This document shows, one piece after another, positions 50,975 to 62,598 of a DNA stretch of 64,000 bases. Positions within the stretch are counted from its first letter, which is position 1. Every line of letters starts with the position of its first letter. Origin of the DNA: Candidatus Bathyarchaeota archaeon (GTDB lineage Archaea > Thermoproteota > Bathyarchaeia > Bathyarchaeales > Bathycorpusculaceae); the NCBI GenBank assembly GCA_963775895.1, contig CAVZKL010000009.1:40844-104843 (forward strand), written 5' to 3'. The notes beneath the pieces were generated by a model. The model ran no database searches, was not told the DNA's origin, and saw nothing but the letters and a program-made list of their open reading frames with translations. The translations under genes were made by a program, and so were the position numbers.

Positions 50975-52200
50975 TAGTATTCACCTGCTGCAGAACCTGT
51001 TATTCCTCTTATCCGTTCAACTGCCCTAGGAATTACTTCCAAGGTATAGTTTATGTCTTCTTCTGTGTGAAGCCTCGAAACCTTCATCAAGAGACTACCG
51101 TGTGCCTGATCGAACTTTTTCCCTATCGCTACCAAAACGTGGCTTGGCTGCAGCAATCTTCTGGAACAAGCGCTTCCGCTCGAAACGTACACACCGCTCA
51201 GACTGAGTTCGATCGTGAGAGCTTCTCCCTCACACCGCAGAAAACTGATGTTTGCGTTATCAGGAGCTCTTTTCGATCCTGCGGGTCCGTTGGATTCTAC
51301 GTCTGGTATTGTGCAGGTTATCCCCTCGACGAGTTTGTCCCGCAAAAATCGCATTTTCATTGTGTTACCCTCAAAATTCCTGAAAGTCAGTTCAGAAGCC
51401 ACAGTGAAACCAACGATCAACGGAGTGTTCTCTACTCCAGGCCAGAGTCTTTGAGTACCGATCTGTCCCTCCAAGATTCTTTCAAGATCAACGCCTTCCT
51501 TCACGTACAGGCAACCCACGCCGCGAGGTCCAAGAATCTTGTAACTGCTGACAGTGGCCAGATCCACATCTAAGGTTCTTACGTCGAAGGGAATCTTGCC
51601 ATACGCGTCTGAAGCGTCAGTGTGAAAAACCGCTTCTGCGTTCTTGTCTTGAACTATTTCCACTGCCTCTTTGATCGGTTGGATCGTGCCTATTTCATGG
51701 TTCACGGTCGATATGCTCACTATGGCTGTTTCATGATTGACAGCTTCGCTTAATCTGTCCAGGTTTAGGAAGCCCTCGCGGTCAACGGGGATTTTTGTCA
51801 CGTGAAAACCGCTTTTCTGAAGTAGCTCAGCAACTTGAATGACGTTGATGGGTTCGATCTCTGACACAACGATGTTCTTGGCTTTTTCCTTCATCGACAT
51901 GGCTACTCCGGTTATTGCGAGGTTGTTGGCTTCTGTTTCTCCTGGCGTGAAGTTTACTTCCTCAAGGTTCTTACATTTCAAGAACGAGGCTATTTTTTGT
52001 GATGACTCCATTATTGTTTCAAACGCTTCCCAACCTGGTTTATGAGTCAAAGTCGGGTTGCCATACGCCATTTTGTTGAAGTACGGCAGCATCGCCTTCA
52101 CAACTTCTTCTGGAACCGGAGCCGAATTCTCAAGGTCAAGGTACACTTCACGTTTCAGTCCCTTGTGCGCTTTCAGCAGTTCTTTGACATTCTCAACCAT
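50974..52200 (-). CDS. iscS: IscS/NifS-type cysteine desulfurase
   Basis: YGNP, NHEIGTIQP, SSYKILGPRG, SSGSAC motifs. Confidence 0.88.
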   Translation of the reverse strand: MVENVKELLKAHKGLKREVYLDLENSAPVPEEVVKAMLPYFNKMAYGNPTLTHKPGWEAFETIMESSQKIASFLKCKNLEEVNFTPGETEANNLAITGVAMSMKEKAKNIVVSEIEPINVIQVAELLQKSGFHVTKIPVDREGFLNLDRLSEAVNHETAIVSISTVNHEIGTIQPIKEAVEIVQDKNAEAVFHTDASDAYGKIPFDVRTLDVDLATVSSYKILGPRGVGCLYVKEGVDLERILEGQIGTQRLWPGVENTPLIVGFTVASELTFRNFEGNTMKMRFLRDKLVEGITCTIPDVESNGPAGSKRAPDNANISFLRCEGEALTIELSLSGVYVSSGSACSRRLLQPSHVLVAIGKKFDQAHGSLLMKVSRLHTEEDINYTLEVIPRAVERIRGITGSAAGEY

Positions 52201-52354
52201 CGCAACCCAGATCCTGTACGCACTTCCTTTGTCTAGTACTCGATCGTTCTAATAGAAAAACATAACCCAGAAAGCGAAGCTTTTGACACACGCAACGCTT
52301 TAAACCGTCTCAGTAATAATGCTGTTGTAACACTGGGGAGATAGGCGCATACAG

Positions 52355-54586
52355 GTGAAGGTAACCGACTTATCCATACCAGAAGCGGTTAAAGAATTAA
52401 TCATCAGATCAGGAATAGCCGAGCTTTATCCTCCGCAAGAAGAAGCTATAAAAGCTGGAGCATTAGAAGGAAGAAACCTGGTTTTGGCAAGTCCAACGGC
52501 TTCGGGCAAAACGCTCGTCGCCGAGTTCTGCGCCCTCAAGCACGTCTTGGAAAAGAACGGGAAAGTCGTTTACCTCACACCACTTAGGGCATTGGCAAAC
52601 GAGAAGTTTGACGAATTCGGAAAATACGCTGCAATCACGAAAAAAGATGGAAAGAGGTTCAGAGCAGGCATCAGCACAGGCGACTTTGACAGCACAGACC
52701 CCTGGTTGGAAAGATATGACGTAATCATAACGACGAATGAAAAGGCTGACTCACTCCTGAGACACAGGGCCAAATGGATGGATGATATTTCGCTTGTCGT
52801 AGCCGATGAGGTACATCTGCTGAACGATGCTGAGCGTGGACCAACCTTGGAAGTAGTTCTGGCGAGGCTCATGCAAGTCAACCCAGATATTCAAATCCTA
52901 GCCCTAAGCGCTACGATAAGCAATGTTGATGAACTCGCGGAGTGGCTAAAAGCAGAACACGTCACAACCGAATGGCGCCCGGTCCCACTGAAAGAAGGAG
53001 TCCTATTGCACGAGGAAATCCAGTACAAGGACGGAGACGCCCGCAAGATAGAGAAGAAAACGAGAGACCCAACCATAAACTTGGCTCTGAACACGGTGAA
53101 AACAGGCGGTCAAGCGCTCATCTTCTCATCAACCCGCAAGAACGCGGTGACAATGGCGAAAAAAGTGGCGGGCGAAATCGTCACCGTTCTGTCTAAACCT
53201 GCGAGACGCGCTCTTGAGCACGAGGCCGAAAGGATTCTTTCAACTGGTGAAAGAACACGGCTCGGCGAATCGCTAGCAGAACTGGTCAGATGTGGCACGG
53301 CATTCCATCATGCAGGTCTGGCTGGAGGACACAGAAGAATAATTGAAGATTCATTCCGCGCTGGGAAAATCAAAATTCTGACAGCCACACCGACTCTGGC
53401 TTTCGGCGTCAACTTGCCCGCGAGAACAGTTATTTTGCAGGATTATAGACGTTACGAAGCGGGATACGGTTACTATCCCATCAGCGTGCTCGAGTACAAG
53501 CAAATGGCGGGCAGAGCTGGAAGACCGAAATACGACAAGACGGGAGAAGCCATACTGATAGCCAAAACAAGTGACGAAGCAGATTACTTGGTACAAAGTT
53601 ACGTTCTCGCCAAGCCGGAGCGAATCTGGTCGCGACTGGCAGTTGAGAGAATAATGAGGGCGCATGTGCTCGCCACGATCGCATCGGATTTTGCGCATAC
53701 GGAAAACGGCATCTATGAATTCTTCGGGAGAACCTTCTACGCTTATCAATATGACATAGATGCTATCAAGAGCTTAGTGGCGAAGATTCTCAAGTATTTG
53801 TACGATGAGGAAATGATCGAGGTCTTCGGTGAAAACATCAACGCGACGAAGTTTGGAAAGCGCGTCAGCGAACTGTACATAGACCCTGTTTCAGCAGTCA
53901 TAATCCGTGATGGAATGAGAAGCAACAGGGAATACATGACAGAGGTCAGCCTTCTCCACATGATCGCTCACACACCAGACATGGGACCAGTTTTACGTCC
54001 ATACACAAACGAAATGGATCAAATAGCGCTCTACATGGAAGAGCATAGACAAGAGTTTCTCTTTGCCCCTCCCGCAGAATGGGAAGACAACATAGGATAC
54101 GAAGAATTTCTGGGAGAAGTGAAGACTGCCATGACACTCAACGCGTGGATTGACGAGATGAGCGAGGACTGGCTGATGGACAGGTTCAGGGTTCAGCCGG
54201 GTGACCTCTACAGAACGCTTGAAAGCGCAAAGTGGCTGCTTCACGCAACGCACGAACTGGCCATGCTCTTCGGCAATAAAGAGATCCTCCCTCTGACGTT
54301 CGAAGTGGAACAGAGAGTCGAAAAGGGAGTCAAGAAAGAAATACTGCCGCTCGTAAAACTCGAGGGAGTCGGCAGGGTCCGCGGAAGAATACTCTTCAAC
54401 TCAGGGTACAAGACAATTGAAGAAATCAAAAACGCCAAGGTTGAGGATCTAACAAACCTACCCCTAATCGGTCCGAAACTGGCAAAGAAAATCAAGGAAC
54501 AGGTCGGCGGTTTCATAAAAAAAGACACGTGGGAGAGACTCGAGAAAGAGAACGAATGGAAACAGAGGGCTCTGACAGAATACTGA
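52355..54586 (+). CDS. hel308: Ski2-like DNA helicase Hel308/Hjm
   Basis: PTASGKT, DEVH, SAT, FHHAGL, QMAGRAGRP motifs and C-terminal HhH. Confidence 0.93.
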   Translation: MKVTDLSIPEAVKELIIRSGIAELYPPQEEAIKAGALEGRNLVLASPTASGKTLVAEFCALKHVLEKNGKVVYLTPLRALANEKFDEFGKYAAITKKDGKRFRAGISTGDFDSTDPWLERYDVIITTNEKADSLLRHRAKWMDDISLVVADEVHLLNDAERGPTLEVVLARLMQVNPDIQILALSATISNVDELAEWLKAEHVTTEWRPVPLKEGVLLHEEIQYKDGDARKIEKKTRDPTINLALNTVKTGGQALIFSSTRKNAVTMAKKVAGEIVTVLSKPARRALEHEAERILSTGERTRLGESLAELVRCGTAFHHAGLAGGHRRIIEDSFRAGKIKILTATPTLAFGVNLPARTVILQDYRRYEAGYGYYPISVLEYKQMAGRAGRPKYDKTGEAILIAKTSDEADYLVQSYVLAKPERIWSRLAVERIMRAHVLATIASDFAHTENGIYEFFGRTFYAYQYDIDAIKSLVAKILKYLYDEEMIEVFGENINATKFGKRVSELYIDPVSAVIIRDGMRSNREYMTEVSLLHMIAHTPDMGPVLRPYTNEMDQIALYMEEHRQEFLFAPPAEWEDNIGYEEFLGEVKTAMTLNAWIDEMSEDWLMDRFRVQPGDLYRTLESAKWLLHATHELAMLFGNKEILPLTFEVEQRVEKGVKKEILPLVKLEGVGRVRGRILFNSGYKTIEEIKNAKVEDLTNLPLIGPKLAKKIKEQVGGFIKKDTWERLEKENEWKQRALTEY

Positions 54587-54706
54587 GAAAACAAGATTAC
54601 CGCGCATCAAGCACGGCGCCCAAGGGATAGGGGGAGGGTGCTAATGGTTGAAACTTCAGGCAATACAGGAGGGCTCGCCTGTTTTTCTATTCCTAAGGCT
54701 ACTCGG

Positions 54707-56075
54707 TTATTGTTGCCCTCTTGCCCTGCGCTCCTTCAAGGTTTCCTTAACGGCCAAGTTCACCTGCTTGACAGAGGTGCCCAAATAATTCCTTGGATTC
54801 AGAGATGCTGCGATTTCCTTCTCGTCTAGTTTTCCACTGATCGTTCTGTCTTCCAGAAGCACGTCCTTCAAAGGTCTTTTCTCGACCTCACTCTTTATCG
54901 TTAATTTCCGAAGAAGCTCATGAGCTGTTTGCCGGCTCACACCTTTTTTCGTTAAAGCAATCATCACTGATTCGGACATAAGACGCCCCTGAGTCATGAG
55001 CCATGTTTTTCAGCATTCGTTTCTCGTCGATGCGCAGGCTTCTCACTATGCTGGTCATCAGGTAAAGCAAGTAGTCTGTTAGAATACAAGTTTCGGGGAG
55101 CAGAAAACGTTCCGTTGAAGACTGGGTGAGGTCTCTTTCATGCCATGTTATTACGTCTTCCAAAGCAGGTATGACCAGACCTCTTATGATTCGGGCAAGA
55201 CCGCAGACTCGTTCGCACAGCTCAGGATTTCGTTTCTGAGGCATGGTAGAACTGCCAACCTGTTTATCCAGCTCGAAATATTCGAACATTTCGGCGATCT
55301 CGGGTCTCTGCAGTTCTCGTATCTCAGTGGCGAAATTCTCCAAGGAAGAGGAAATCATAGCTAAAACGCATGCTAGTTCGGCATGGCGGTCTCTCTGAAC
55401 TATCTGAGTTGAAATGTCAGCAGCTTCGATCCCAAGCCTGTCCATGACAAGTTCCTGAAGCCGCATCGCATGTTCGCCTAAACCAGCTTGTGTCCCAACG
55501 GCTCCGCTCATTTTTCCAACCAAAATGCGCTCTTTGCACTGTTGGAGTCTCTTTGCATGTCTTGAAATTTCACGCATCCACACGGCAAATTTGAAGCCTA
55601 ACGTTATGGGCAAGGCGTGCTGTCCATGTGTTCTCCCTACCAATATCGTGCGTTTGTATCGAATGGCTTTTTCCATCATGACTCTTTCAAATTCGTCGAG
55701 CCTTTTCTCTATGAGCCCTAATGCGTCTTTCAGCAAAAGAGCGTTAGCCGTGTCCACTATGTCGTAGCTCGTCGCTCCCAGATGAACATAGCCGCTGCTC
55801 GATCCGCAGACTTCAGCTAAGGCACGAACCAGCGATGCAACGTCATGCTTTATCTCGCGTTCGATCTCTTTGATCCGGGTCAGTTTCACGTACTTCAGAG
55901 AAGCCATTGCCTCGATCTTTTCAGCGTCCTTTCGAGGTATGTCACCAACTTCAGCGTGTGCCCAAGCCAAAGCAGCTTCAACATCAAGCATTTTCTGAAC
56001 ACGATTCTGTTCTTCAAAAATGTTTCTCATCTCAGGAGTTCCGTAGCGTCCCGTGTCTATCGGAAGAATGGGCAA
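54707..56075 (-). CDS. purB: Adenylosuccinate lyase (frameshift near 55000)
   Basis: HLGATS, GRTHGQHA, GSSTMPQKRNP, HERDL motifs; C-terminus in ORF 54707-54997. Confidence 0.9.
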
Positions 56076-56272
56076 ACTTCCTTAACCTCGCAACTAGACT
56101 ATATCAACTAGAGATTAATGTCTTGCCAATCGATCGATCGAAAAATGTGACACATGATTCAAATGGATGAATCGTCCATCATATTCACGCGAAACACTAT
56201 ATTTCGGGCGTTTCCTTCAGTTCTATCGCAGATAGAATCATCGCAGAGCGGCTAGTCCAAAGGAGTCACTGA

Positions 56273-57737
56273 ATGGGCGGATTGATAGCTCTTCTCGACA
56301 AGAATGGTGAGGATGCAACCGAAGCAGCGTTTACTATGCTTGGTGCGTTGAGTTTGGAGCACGCTGATGCTTACGGTATGGCATCACCTTCCATCATCAA
56401 GGTTGAAAAGGCATTTGAGAAGTTGCGATGCCTAAAATTACGTTCGAACACAGTGCATCGGTCACGTTTTTTCTAGGATTCTTGTCCAAGACAAAGCTCA
56501 GCCCTTGCGAATAGGGGACGCTTCCCTAGTTTTTGAAGGCAGAATTTTCCCTGCTCAAAACCTAAAGTGCGATGCAGAAATCTTTGCCCTGAAAGTTTCG
56601 GAAGGTGAAACTGAAAGCCTCAAGAAGTTCGTAAGAGAAACTGGGGGCGACTTCGTCTTCGTGTTGATGAAGCCTGAAAGGCTCCTTGCTGGAAGAGATG
56701 TTTTGGGAGCGAAACCACTCTACTACGGCGAGAATAAGATCTTTGCGGGTTTGGCTTCCGAACGCAAAGCTTTGTGGAAGATTGGAATTAGAGATGTTAA
56801 CTCCTTTCCTCCCGGCACAGTCGCAGAGGTCAGTAAACATGGATTTAGATTTGTCGGGGCAAAAAGAATTGTCGCCTCAAATCCAACGCAGCAGACTATT
56901 GAACATGCTTCAAGAAGACTGGAGAAACTCCTCGAAAAATCAGTCTGCGAACGCATAGCTGGACTAGAGGAAGTTGCAGTCGCGTTTTCAGGAGGATTAG
57001 ACAGCAGCATTATTGCGTTTCTGGCCAACAGGTCAGGAGCACACGTGCAATTGGTTCATGTGAGTCTGGAGAATCAGTCCGAAACGGAACACGCCAAAAA
57101 CGTTGCAGAGGAACTGAAACTACCAATACATTCCGGCATTTATACTGAGAAAGATGTGTTGGAAACGCTTCCTAATGTGCTGCGCCTTATTGAAGAGAAC
57201 GACCCCGTCAAAACGAGTGTGGGAATTCCGTTTTTCTGGATGGCAAAGACAGCGGCGCAGTTGAGGCAAAAGGTAGTTCTTGCAGGTCAAGGAGGTGATG
57301 AGCTCTTTGCAGGTTACAAAAGGTACGTCGACGATTACATCAGTAAAGGACCCGAGAAAGCCCAACAAACCATTTTTCAAGACATCATAGAAATGCACAG
57401 AAGCAATCTGGAAAGAGACGTTAAAATCTGCAACTTTCACGGCATAGAACTCAGACTCCCCTTCGCAACATATGAAATGGCCAAGTTCGCTTTGGGTTTG
57501 CCACTTGAGCTGAAGCTGCAGCCCACGCAAAACACACTCAGAAAGCTCGTTCTCCGGCAAGTAGGACACAACCTTGGACTGCCACAGTCGGTGGTCGATA
57601 GACCAAAGAAGGCTGTGCAGTACACTACAGGAGTCAACAAGGTGCTTGACAGACTTGCAAGGCGAAACAAGCAGTCACTGATGGAATATTTGAGTAGCGC
57701 ATATCAAACTGTTCTGAATAAAGATGACCTTGCATGA
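56273..57737 (+). CDS. Asparagine synthetase (glutamine-hydrolysing) family protein (frameshift near 56460)
   Basis: RDVLGAKPLYY, FSGGLDSS, GQGGDELFAGY, RPKKAVQY motifs. Confidence 0.85.
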
Positions 57738-57864
57738 ATAGAAAAATCGCAGTTTCCTCGCGCCGAGAGAGTAGAACAAACCTTTAGAAGATGAAAAAAG
57801 TTCGAGAAGTTTTTGGAGTTCGGCTTAGATTATGTCAGAAATTAGAGATCAGTCGTATGGTTTT

Positions 57865-58047
57865 TTACTCGACTACCTGGATCGCGCTTTCAGGGCATTG
57901 TACTTCGCATGCCCGGCACACCAGACACTCTTCAACTTTCACCGGAACGGATTTCTTGTCCTTGACTTCATAGACCGCGACGGGACACGTATCAACGCAT
58001 GTTCCGCAACCTGTGCATTTGGCATTATCAACCACGATTTTGACCAT
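57865..58047 (-). CDS. Ferredoxin, 2x[4Fe-4S]
   Basis: CTGCGTCVDTCP and CLVCRACEVQCP. Confidence 0.92.
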   Translation of the reverse strand: MVKIVVDNAKCTGCGTCVDTCPVAVYEVKDKKSVPVKVEECLVCRACEVQCPESAIQVVE

Positions 58048-58116
58048 TTTCTTGTTCCTTCCTATGTTGGATTTTCATTCAGAGCAAAAAAGTAGAATAA
58101 AAGTGTTTAGGTGGAT

Positions 58117-59874
58117 TTAACGAATTTCTTCACGTAACCTTAAGAGGATTCCCCTTATTGACGTCTGTGCTCTTTCTTTTCGTTTTTCATATTCTCCCTT
58201 CAGCCTTCTATAAGCTTCCAGCGAGAGTTCTCCGTGGCTGTGTCGCGATTCGATGGCCTTAACGTTGGCCTCGACCTCACGCAACTGAGCCTCAGCGACT
58301 TCAAGCTGATCCATTAGGTTTGAATAGTGACCGCCGCTAGAATGAATCACTCCCATAAGCCCTTCCAAGTTCCGAGTTGAACTGTCGAGTCGTGTTTCTA
58401 AGGTCTTGCGTTGGACTTTGTACCGTTGCCGAGGTATTCTCCCTTTTTGCGCCCGGCTTTCAAGCACGTCAATTTCGTTGAGGATCTTCATTCTTTCTTC
58501 GTACATATCTACGAACGACCTGAGATCCTCTGAACGAACGATCCTCACTCCTGTTGGAACTGCGACCTGAGCTGCAGCCCTGGGCCTTCTGAGAATCACA
58601 ACGCCCAGAACCCCGATCATCGTCATGACCATGATCCACGTGGTTGGCCTAAAGGCAGCCCAGAAGTAACTGTATTCATAATCAATTCCGATACTGTAGC
58701 CGTTTAACGCCGTCACGCCCTGCTTGTTTATGGTCACCGTCTCTTGGAAAACGTTTCTATTGATATCAATCGAGCCCTCCGTAAGGTCACTTATTGATTG
58801 TATTTTCGCGCCTTCAGGAAGCACGAAAGTCACGGATGTGTTGTTCACGTAGTAATCCAAGTCTTCGAACAAAGTCATGTTAACCGAGAAACTGCTGCTT
58901 CCGCTTTGCGTCTTGACGTAGGAACCGCTGGGCAAACTGTAATGCACAATGAAGCTCGTGGAACGACTGACGTCGACCGGCAGGGTAAAGTTGAGCGTGT
59001 AGCGACTCGTGTTGGCAACGACTTCGGTTGGCACACTCATGGTTCGCCCGACTTGATCATCTGCACTCACTCCTGTCGCGCCAGCAGGCAACTGCACGTC
59101 TATTTGGCTGATACTGAAGGATTGCGCGTTCGTGATGTAGTAGGCGTCCGAACCCGTGATAGCTCCGGACTCACCTACTCCTATCGTGCGATCCAGCTCG
59201 TTTACGTCAAAAACCTGCATCCCATAATCAGCCATGTTGAAGGTGATGTCGGACCCGTTGTAAGCAAACGCTGCCAAGTTCTGCTCACTGTAGGTGACGT
59301 TATCGTCACTGTAGGTGAGGTTATCAATCGTCCCTTTGATGTAAGTGGCATTCGCTGGCAGCGAGATTGAACCGTTAAACGTGTTAACATTCTCTGTCAG
59401 ACTTGGAAACTGCGGAAAAACTAAAGTGTACAGGCTTGCATTTTGTCCATCTTGGATGACCAGACCATTAGAAAATAGGACAACTACACTGAAAACCTGT
59501 GGAACTCCACCTAAGTCAATTCTTATGCCGTAGTAGCCACTTCGCCCTTCTAGAGGTTCGTTTAAACTTACTGGAAAAGTGTTTGAACTGGTGTTTGCTC
59601 CATAGGCAAAACAATTAACCACGTACGAACCAAACCCGTAAGGAAAACCAAGCAGAAAGCTATCAGGCGTTTGTCCTGACAGCTGTACAGTGTCATTCAT
59701 GAGAACGTAGCCATTACGCATGATCTGCAAGTTCTGATCAACATGATCTATTACGTAACCGTCACTTGCCCTGACTTTCTTCAGGTTGGCAGGAATCGAG
59801 GCGATGAATACCAAGGCCATGACCAATACAATGAACGCGAATGTTGCCTTCTTCAAACAGTTATCCTCCGCCAC
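58117..59874 (-). CDS. Type I membrane glycoprotein, possibly ribophorin-I-like
   Basis: Signal/TM segment, beta-rich domain with VTFVLPEGAKI, TM helix, helical cytoplasmic tail. Confidence 0.6.
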   Translation of the reverse strand: MAEDNCLKKATFAFIVLVMALVFIASIPANLKKVRASDGYVIDHVDQNLQIMRNGYVLMNDTVQLSGQTPDSFLLGFPYGFGSYVVNCFAYGANTSSNTFPVSLNEPLEGRSGYYGIRIDLGGVPQVFSVVVLFSNGLVIQDGQNASLYTLVFPQFPSLTENVNTFNGSISLPANATYIKGTIDNLTYSDDNVTYSEQNLAAFAYNGSDITFNMADYGMQVFDVNELDRTIGVGESGAITGSDAYYITNAQSFSISQIDVQLPAGATGVSADDQVGRTMSVPTEVVANTSRYTLNFTLPVDVSRSTSFIVHYSLPSGSYVKTQSGSSSFSVNMTLFEDLDYYVNNTSVTFVLPEGAKIQSISDLTEGSIDINRNVFQETVTINKQGVTALNGYSIGIDYEYSYFWAAFRPTTWIMVMTMIGVLGVVILRRPRAAAQVAVPTGVRIVRSEDLRSFVDMYEERMKILNEIDVLESRAQKGRIPRQRYKVQRKTLETRLDSSTRNLEGLMGVIHSSGGHYSNLMDQLEVAEAQLREVEANVKAIESRHSHGELSLEAYRRLKGEYEKRKERAQTSIRGILLRLREEIR

Positions 59875-60009
59875 ATTCTACAAGTTTTAGGCTTCCTATC
59901 TATTGATAAGCCCATTTATTTACTTTTGGAACCTGCGCCACATCTGGCACATATAATCGCGCTTGCGTTTTGGAAAATTATCAAACGGTCCACGAGAGAA
60001 ATTGATTGC

Positions 60010-60363
60010 TTAAGGCTCACCGTGCTTCAGATAAAAGTCATGTTCCTTCTTAGGTCCGAAGCCCCTTACACCTTTTTCCTTAAGTTGCCTTTTCAGTTTT
60101 CTAGCATACTGCACATCTATCTCGCCTCTTTTTTCCAGGTAGGTAATAATCACCTCTGCCTGTTTATCCGTCTCGCATCGACGAATGAAGTCCACCACAT
60201 CGGGCAAGTAGTCAACGAACCTTGCCTGCGCCACGTGCCGTTCTCCAGTATCATTTTCGGTTATCACGGAGTTGATAGGCACTTTGTTTTCGTCTGAGAC
60301 CATTTCTTCGGCCAGGTTGGGAAACATTCGTCTGAAGGCTTTTTTGTCGAGACGCATGATCAT
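60010..60363 (-). CDS. DUF2095 family protein
   Basis: FPNLAEE, YLPDVVDFIRRC, GVRGFGPKKE motifs. Confidence 0.78.
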   Translation of the reverse strand: MIMRLDKKAFRRMFPNLAEEMVSDENKVPINSVITENDTGERHVAQARFVDYLPDVVDFIRRCETDKQAEVIITYLEKRGEIDVQYARKLKRQLKEKGVRGFGPKKEHDFYLKHGEP

Positions 60364-60454
60364 TCCTTCGAAGCGAGTGACCTGCTCAGTTTTATTTATG
60401 GAAAGTGGTCATATTTAAGCGTCTTTTTTTGTGAAAAGAAAAAAGAATTGAGAC

Positions 60455-61084
60455 CTAGCTCGGAACAAATCTCTGCGTCGGGCTCTCTTCAAGAACTCTT
60501 TCAAGATCAGCCATCTGCAGGCCCGTGACTTCATCTCCATATATTGCGCATTTTGGTTTCAAGCAAGATTCTTCTGGGCTGTGAACGATGATCTCGACTG
60601 GTTCCCCGATCGGAGATTCTGCGTGTATGTGGAAAGAGGTTTTCCTCTTTCCCTTCTTCGTCACGTTAACCCACTCGGCCTTCTCTATTTTCAGGTCAAC
60701 TTGCCTAAGCAGTTTAAGAACTTCTTCGGGCTCCTCGTGGTGAACGATCATATCTATGTCACTATCATGATGAATCGTGCCCCGCCAGACGCTTCCGACC
60801 AAGAGCGGATCATATTTCCGAAGCAATTTCATAATCCGCAGCGCTTCTCTACGCATTCTAACTAAGCGTTCCTGTCTCGCTGGGCCCTCATTCTCCTCCG
60901 CAATCCTGTCCATTTCCATGGCAACATCGATGTTTGTAGGCATATAATGGAGCCCGAATGTTTTTGCAGCTTTTAACTTGGCTTGTCTGTACTCTTTTTC
61001 AACGCCGTTATAAAGGAGGTTGGCTGCTTCTGTGGCAACTCTTTTTCTCGAAATTGTCGAGCTGGCGGGCAAATATATCACCAA
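60455..61084 (-). CDS. Nucleotidyltransferase domain protein
   Basis: LVGSVWRG..DSDIDM motif. Confidence 0.8.
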   Translation of the reverse strand: MVIYLPASSTISRKRVATEAANLLYNGVEKEYRQAKLKAAKTFGLHYMPTNIDVAMEMDRIAEENEGPARQERLVRMRREALRIMKLLRKYDPLLVGSVWRGTIHHDSDIDMIVHHEEPEEVLKLLRQVDLKIEKAEWVNVTKKGKRKTSFHIHAESPIGEPVEIIVHSPEESCLKPKCAIYGDEVTGLQMADLERVLEESPTQRFVPS

Positions 61085-61115
61085 AAAAACTCTGGGGTCA
61101 GTGTCGAACTTAAGC

Positions 61116-62385
61116 TTAGTGCTTCAGAATCTGTTCGTAAAGGACCAACGTTTTTTCTGCGATCTTGTCCCACGTGAATTCGTTCAGAACTCTTTTCCGG
61201 CCGTTTTTTCCAAGCCACTTTTTCCTTATCATTGTTTTCCAAGACACTGTTTATTCCCCATGCGATATCCGAGGGGTTGCTTGGATCTATGTGGTAACCG
61301 CATTGCTCTTCGCCGCAGCAGACAACGATCTCGCGCATGCCGCTTATACCAGCGGCGCCGACAACGACTGGACGTTCCATCGCCATTGCTTCAAGAACGA
61401 CTATCCCGAAAGGCTCGTAGAAGCTTGGAAAAACCGCCAAGTCGCAGGCAGCGTAATGAAGGATACGTTCTTCTTCCGGAATGAACTCAAACCTGAACTT
61501 GACGAAATCACTCATCTTCGTGGCCTTCACCAGGTTCATCAAGTATTCCTGCAGATCGCCCAAGCCTACGATAACAAGTTTTGCTTTGGGGTTTTTCTGA
61601 AGAATGTGAGGCAAGGCCATGATCAGTTTATCGACGCCCTTCACTCCGACTAGGCGGCCTATGAAAAGAATCATTTCTTCATCATCCTTGATGCCGTACA
61701 CGGCTCTTATTTTCTTGACTTGGTCGGTGGTTACGGCACTTGGATTGTATTTTTCAGGGTCGACACCGTTATAGGAGACTTGGATTTTTTCCCGGGGAAA
61801 ACCGAGCCCGATCAGCTCATCTTTCATAGCGTAAGAAACAGTCACTATCAGATCAGCGACTCGGGCAGCGTGAAGCTCTATGTTGCTGACAGTGGTTGAA
61901 CCGTTTCCAAGAGTTCGTCCTTTTTCCGTCGAGTGAACATGAAAAGCGAACGGCATCCCAGTCTCTCTCTTGACCGTCATCCCGCCTATGGCTGAAAGCC
62001 AGTCATGAGCCACTACAAGATCGTATCTGATGTCCTCTTTCCTGATAAGTTCGTTGACAAGTTTAGAAGCGCTTAGGTAGTTGTAAACGAGGATTTTTGA
62101 GAAGAGCTGTATCCCTCTTCCCCACTTCTTAATGTCCTCAGCAACGACGTCTGGCAACGAATCAGAAATGTCAATGTGTAGAGGCCGGTGGATTTCGATT
62201 CCTCGCCATATTTCTCTTGTTGGCAAGCTTCCGGCATCATCGTTCATCGTGAAGACTGTCACATCGTTGTCCATCAGGACGAATTTGCGCGTGATTTCAG
62301 CCGCATATGTGCCCAATCCGCCGACGATCTTTGGAGGATATTCATAGACGAGAACTGCAAGCTTCATAGTCTTCATCGTTGTCAT
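61116..62385 (-). CDS. Glycosyltransferase family 4 (3' frameshift)
   Basis: EYPP..GGLG, HDW, FIGRL..KGV, EPFGIVVLEAMA motifs; the likely C-terminus ..FTWDKIAEKT..KH* lies in another frame. Confidence 0.88.
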
Positions 62386-62598
62386 TTTGTTTATAGCTCT
62401 TTATTGATACGGAAATTGGCTTTATTTATCTTCCTTACTCAGAATATGCTTAGTCCAAAGCCATTATACATCCGACCACTGAAAACATCCATGCGGCAAA
62501 CTTTTCTGCGATTCAATGGTTGACAATCAATGCTGCCTTTGAAACAAACTCCCGAACAACGAGTGAGAGTGAAAAACCTATTAAGCCTGAAAGGACGA

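Noticed and set aside
54596-54700. G-rich intergenic stretch between hel308 and purB as an ncRNA
   Set aside because: No recognisable C/D or H/ACA boxes and no convincing fold.
20163-62385. Many frameshifted genes (pfkB, hflX, int, permease, GNAT, ATP-grasp, DUF354, rfbA, purB, asparagine synthetase, GT4) as pseudogenes or programmed frameshifts
   Set aside because: The shifts are single-base, often in homopolymers, and hit core genes such as purB and hflX; sequencing or assembly indels are the simplest explanation.
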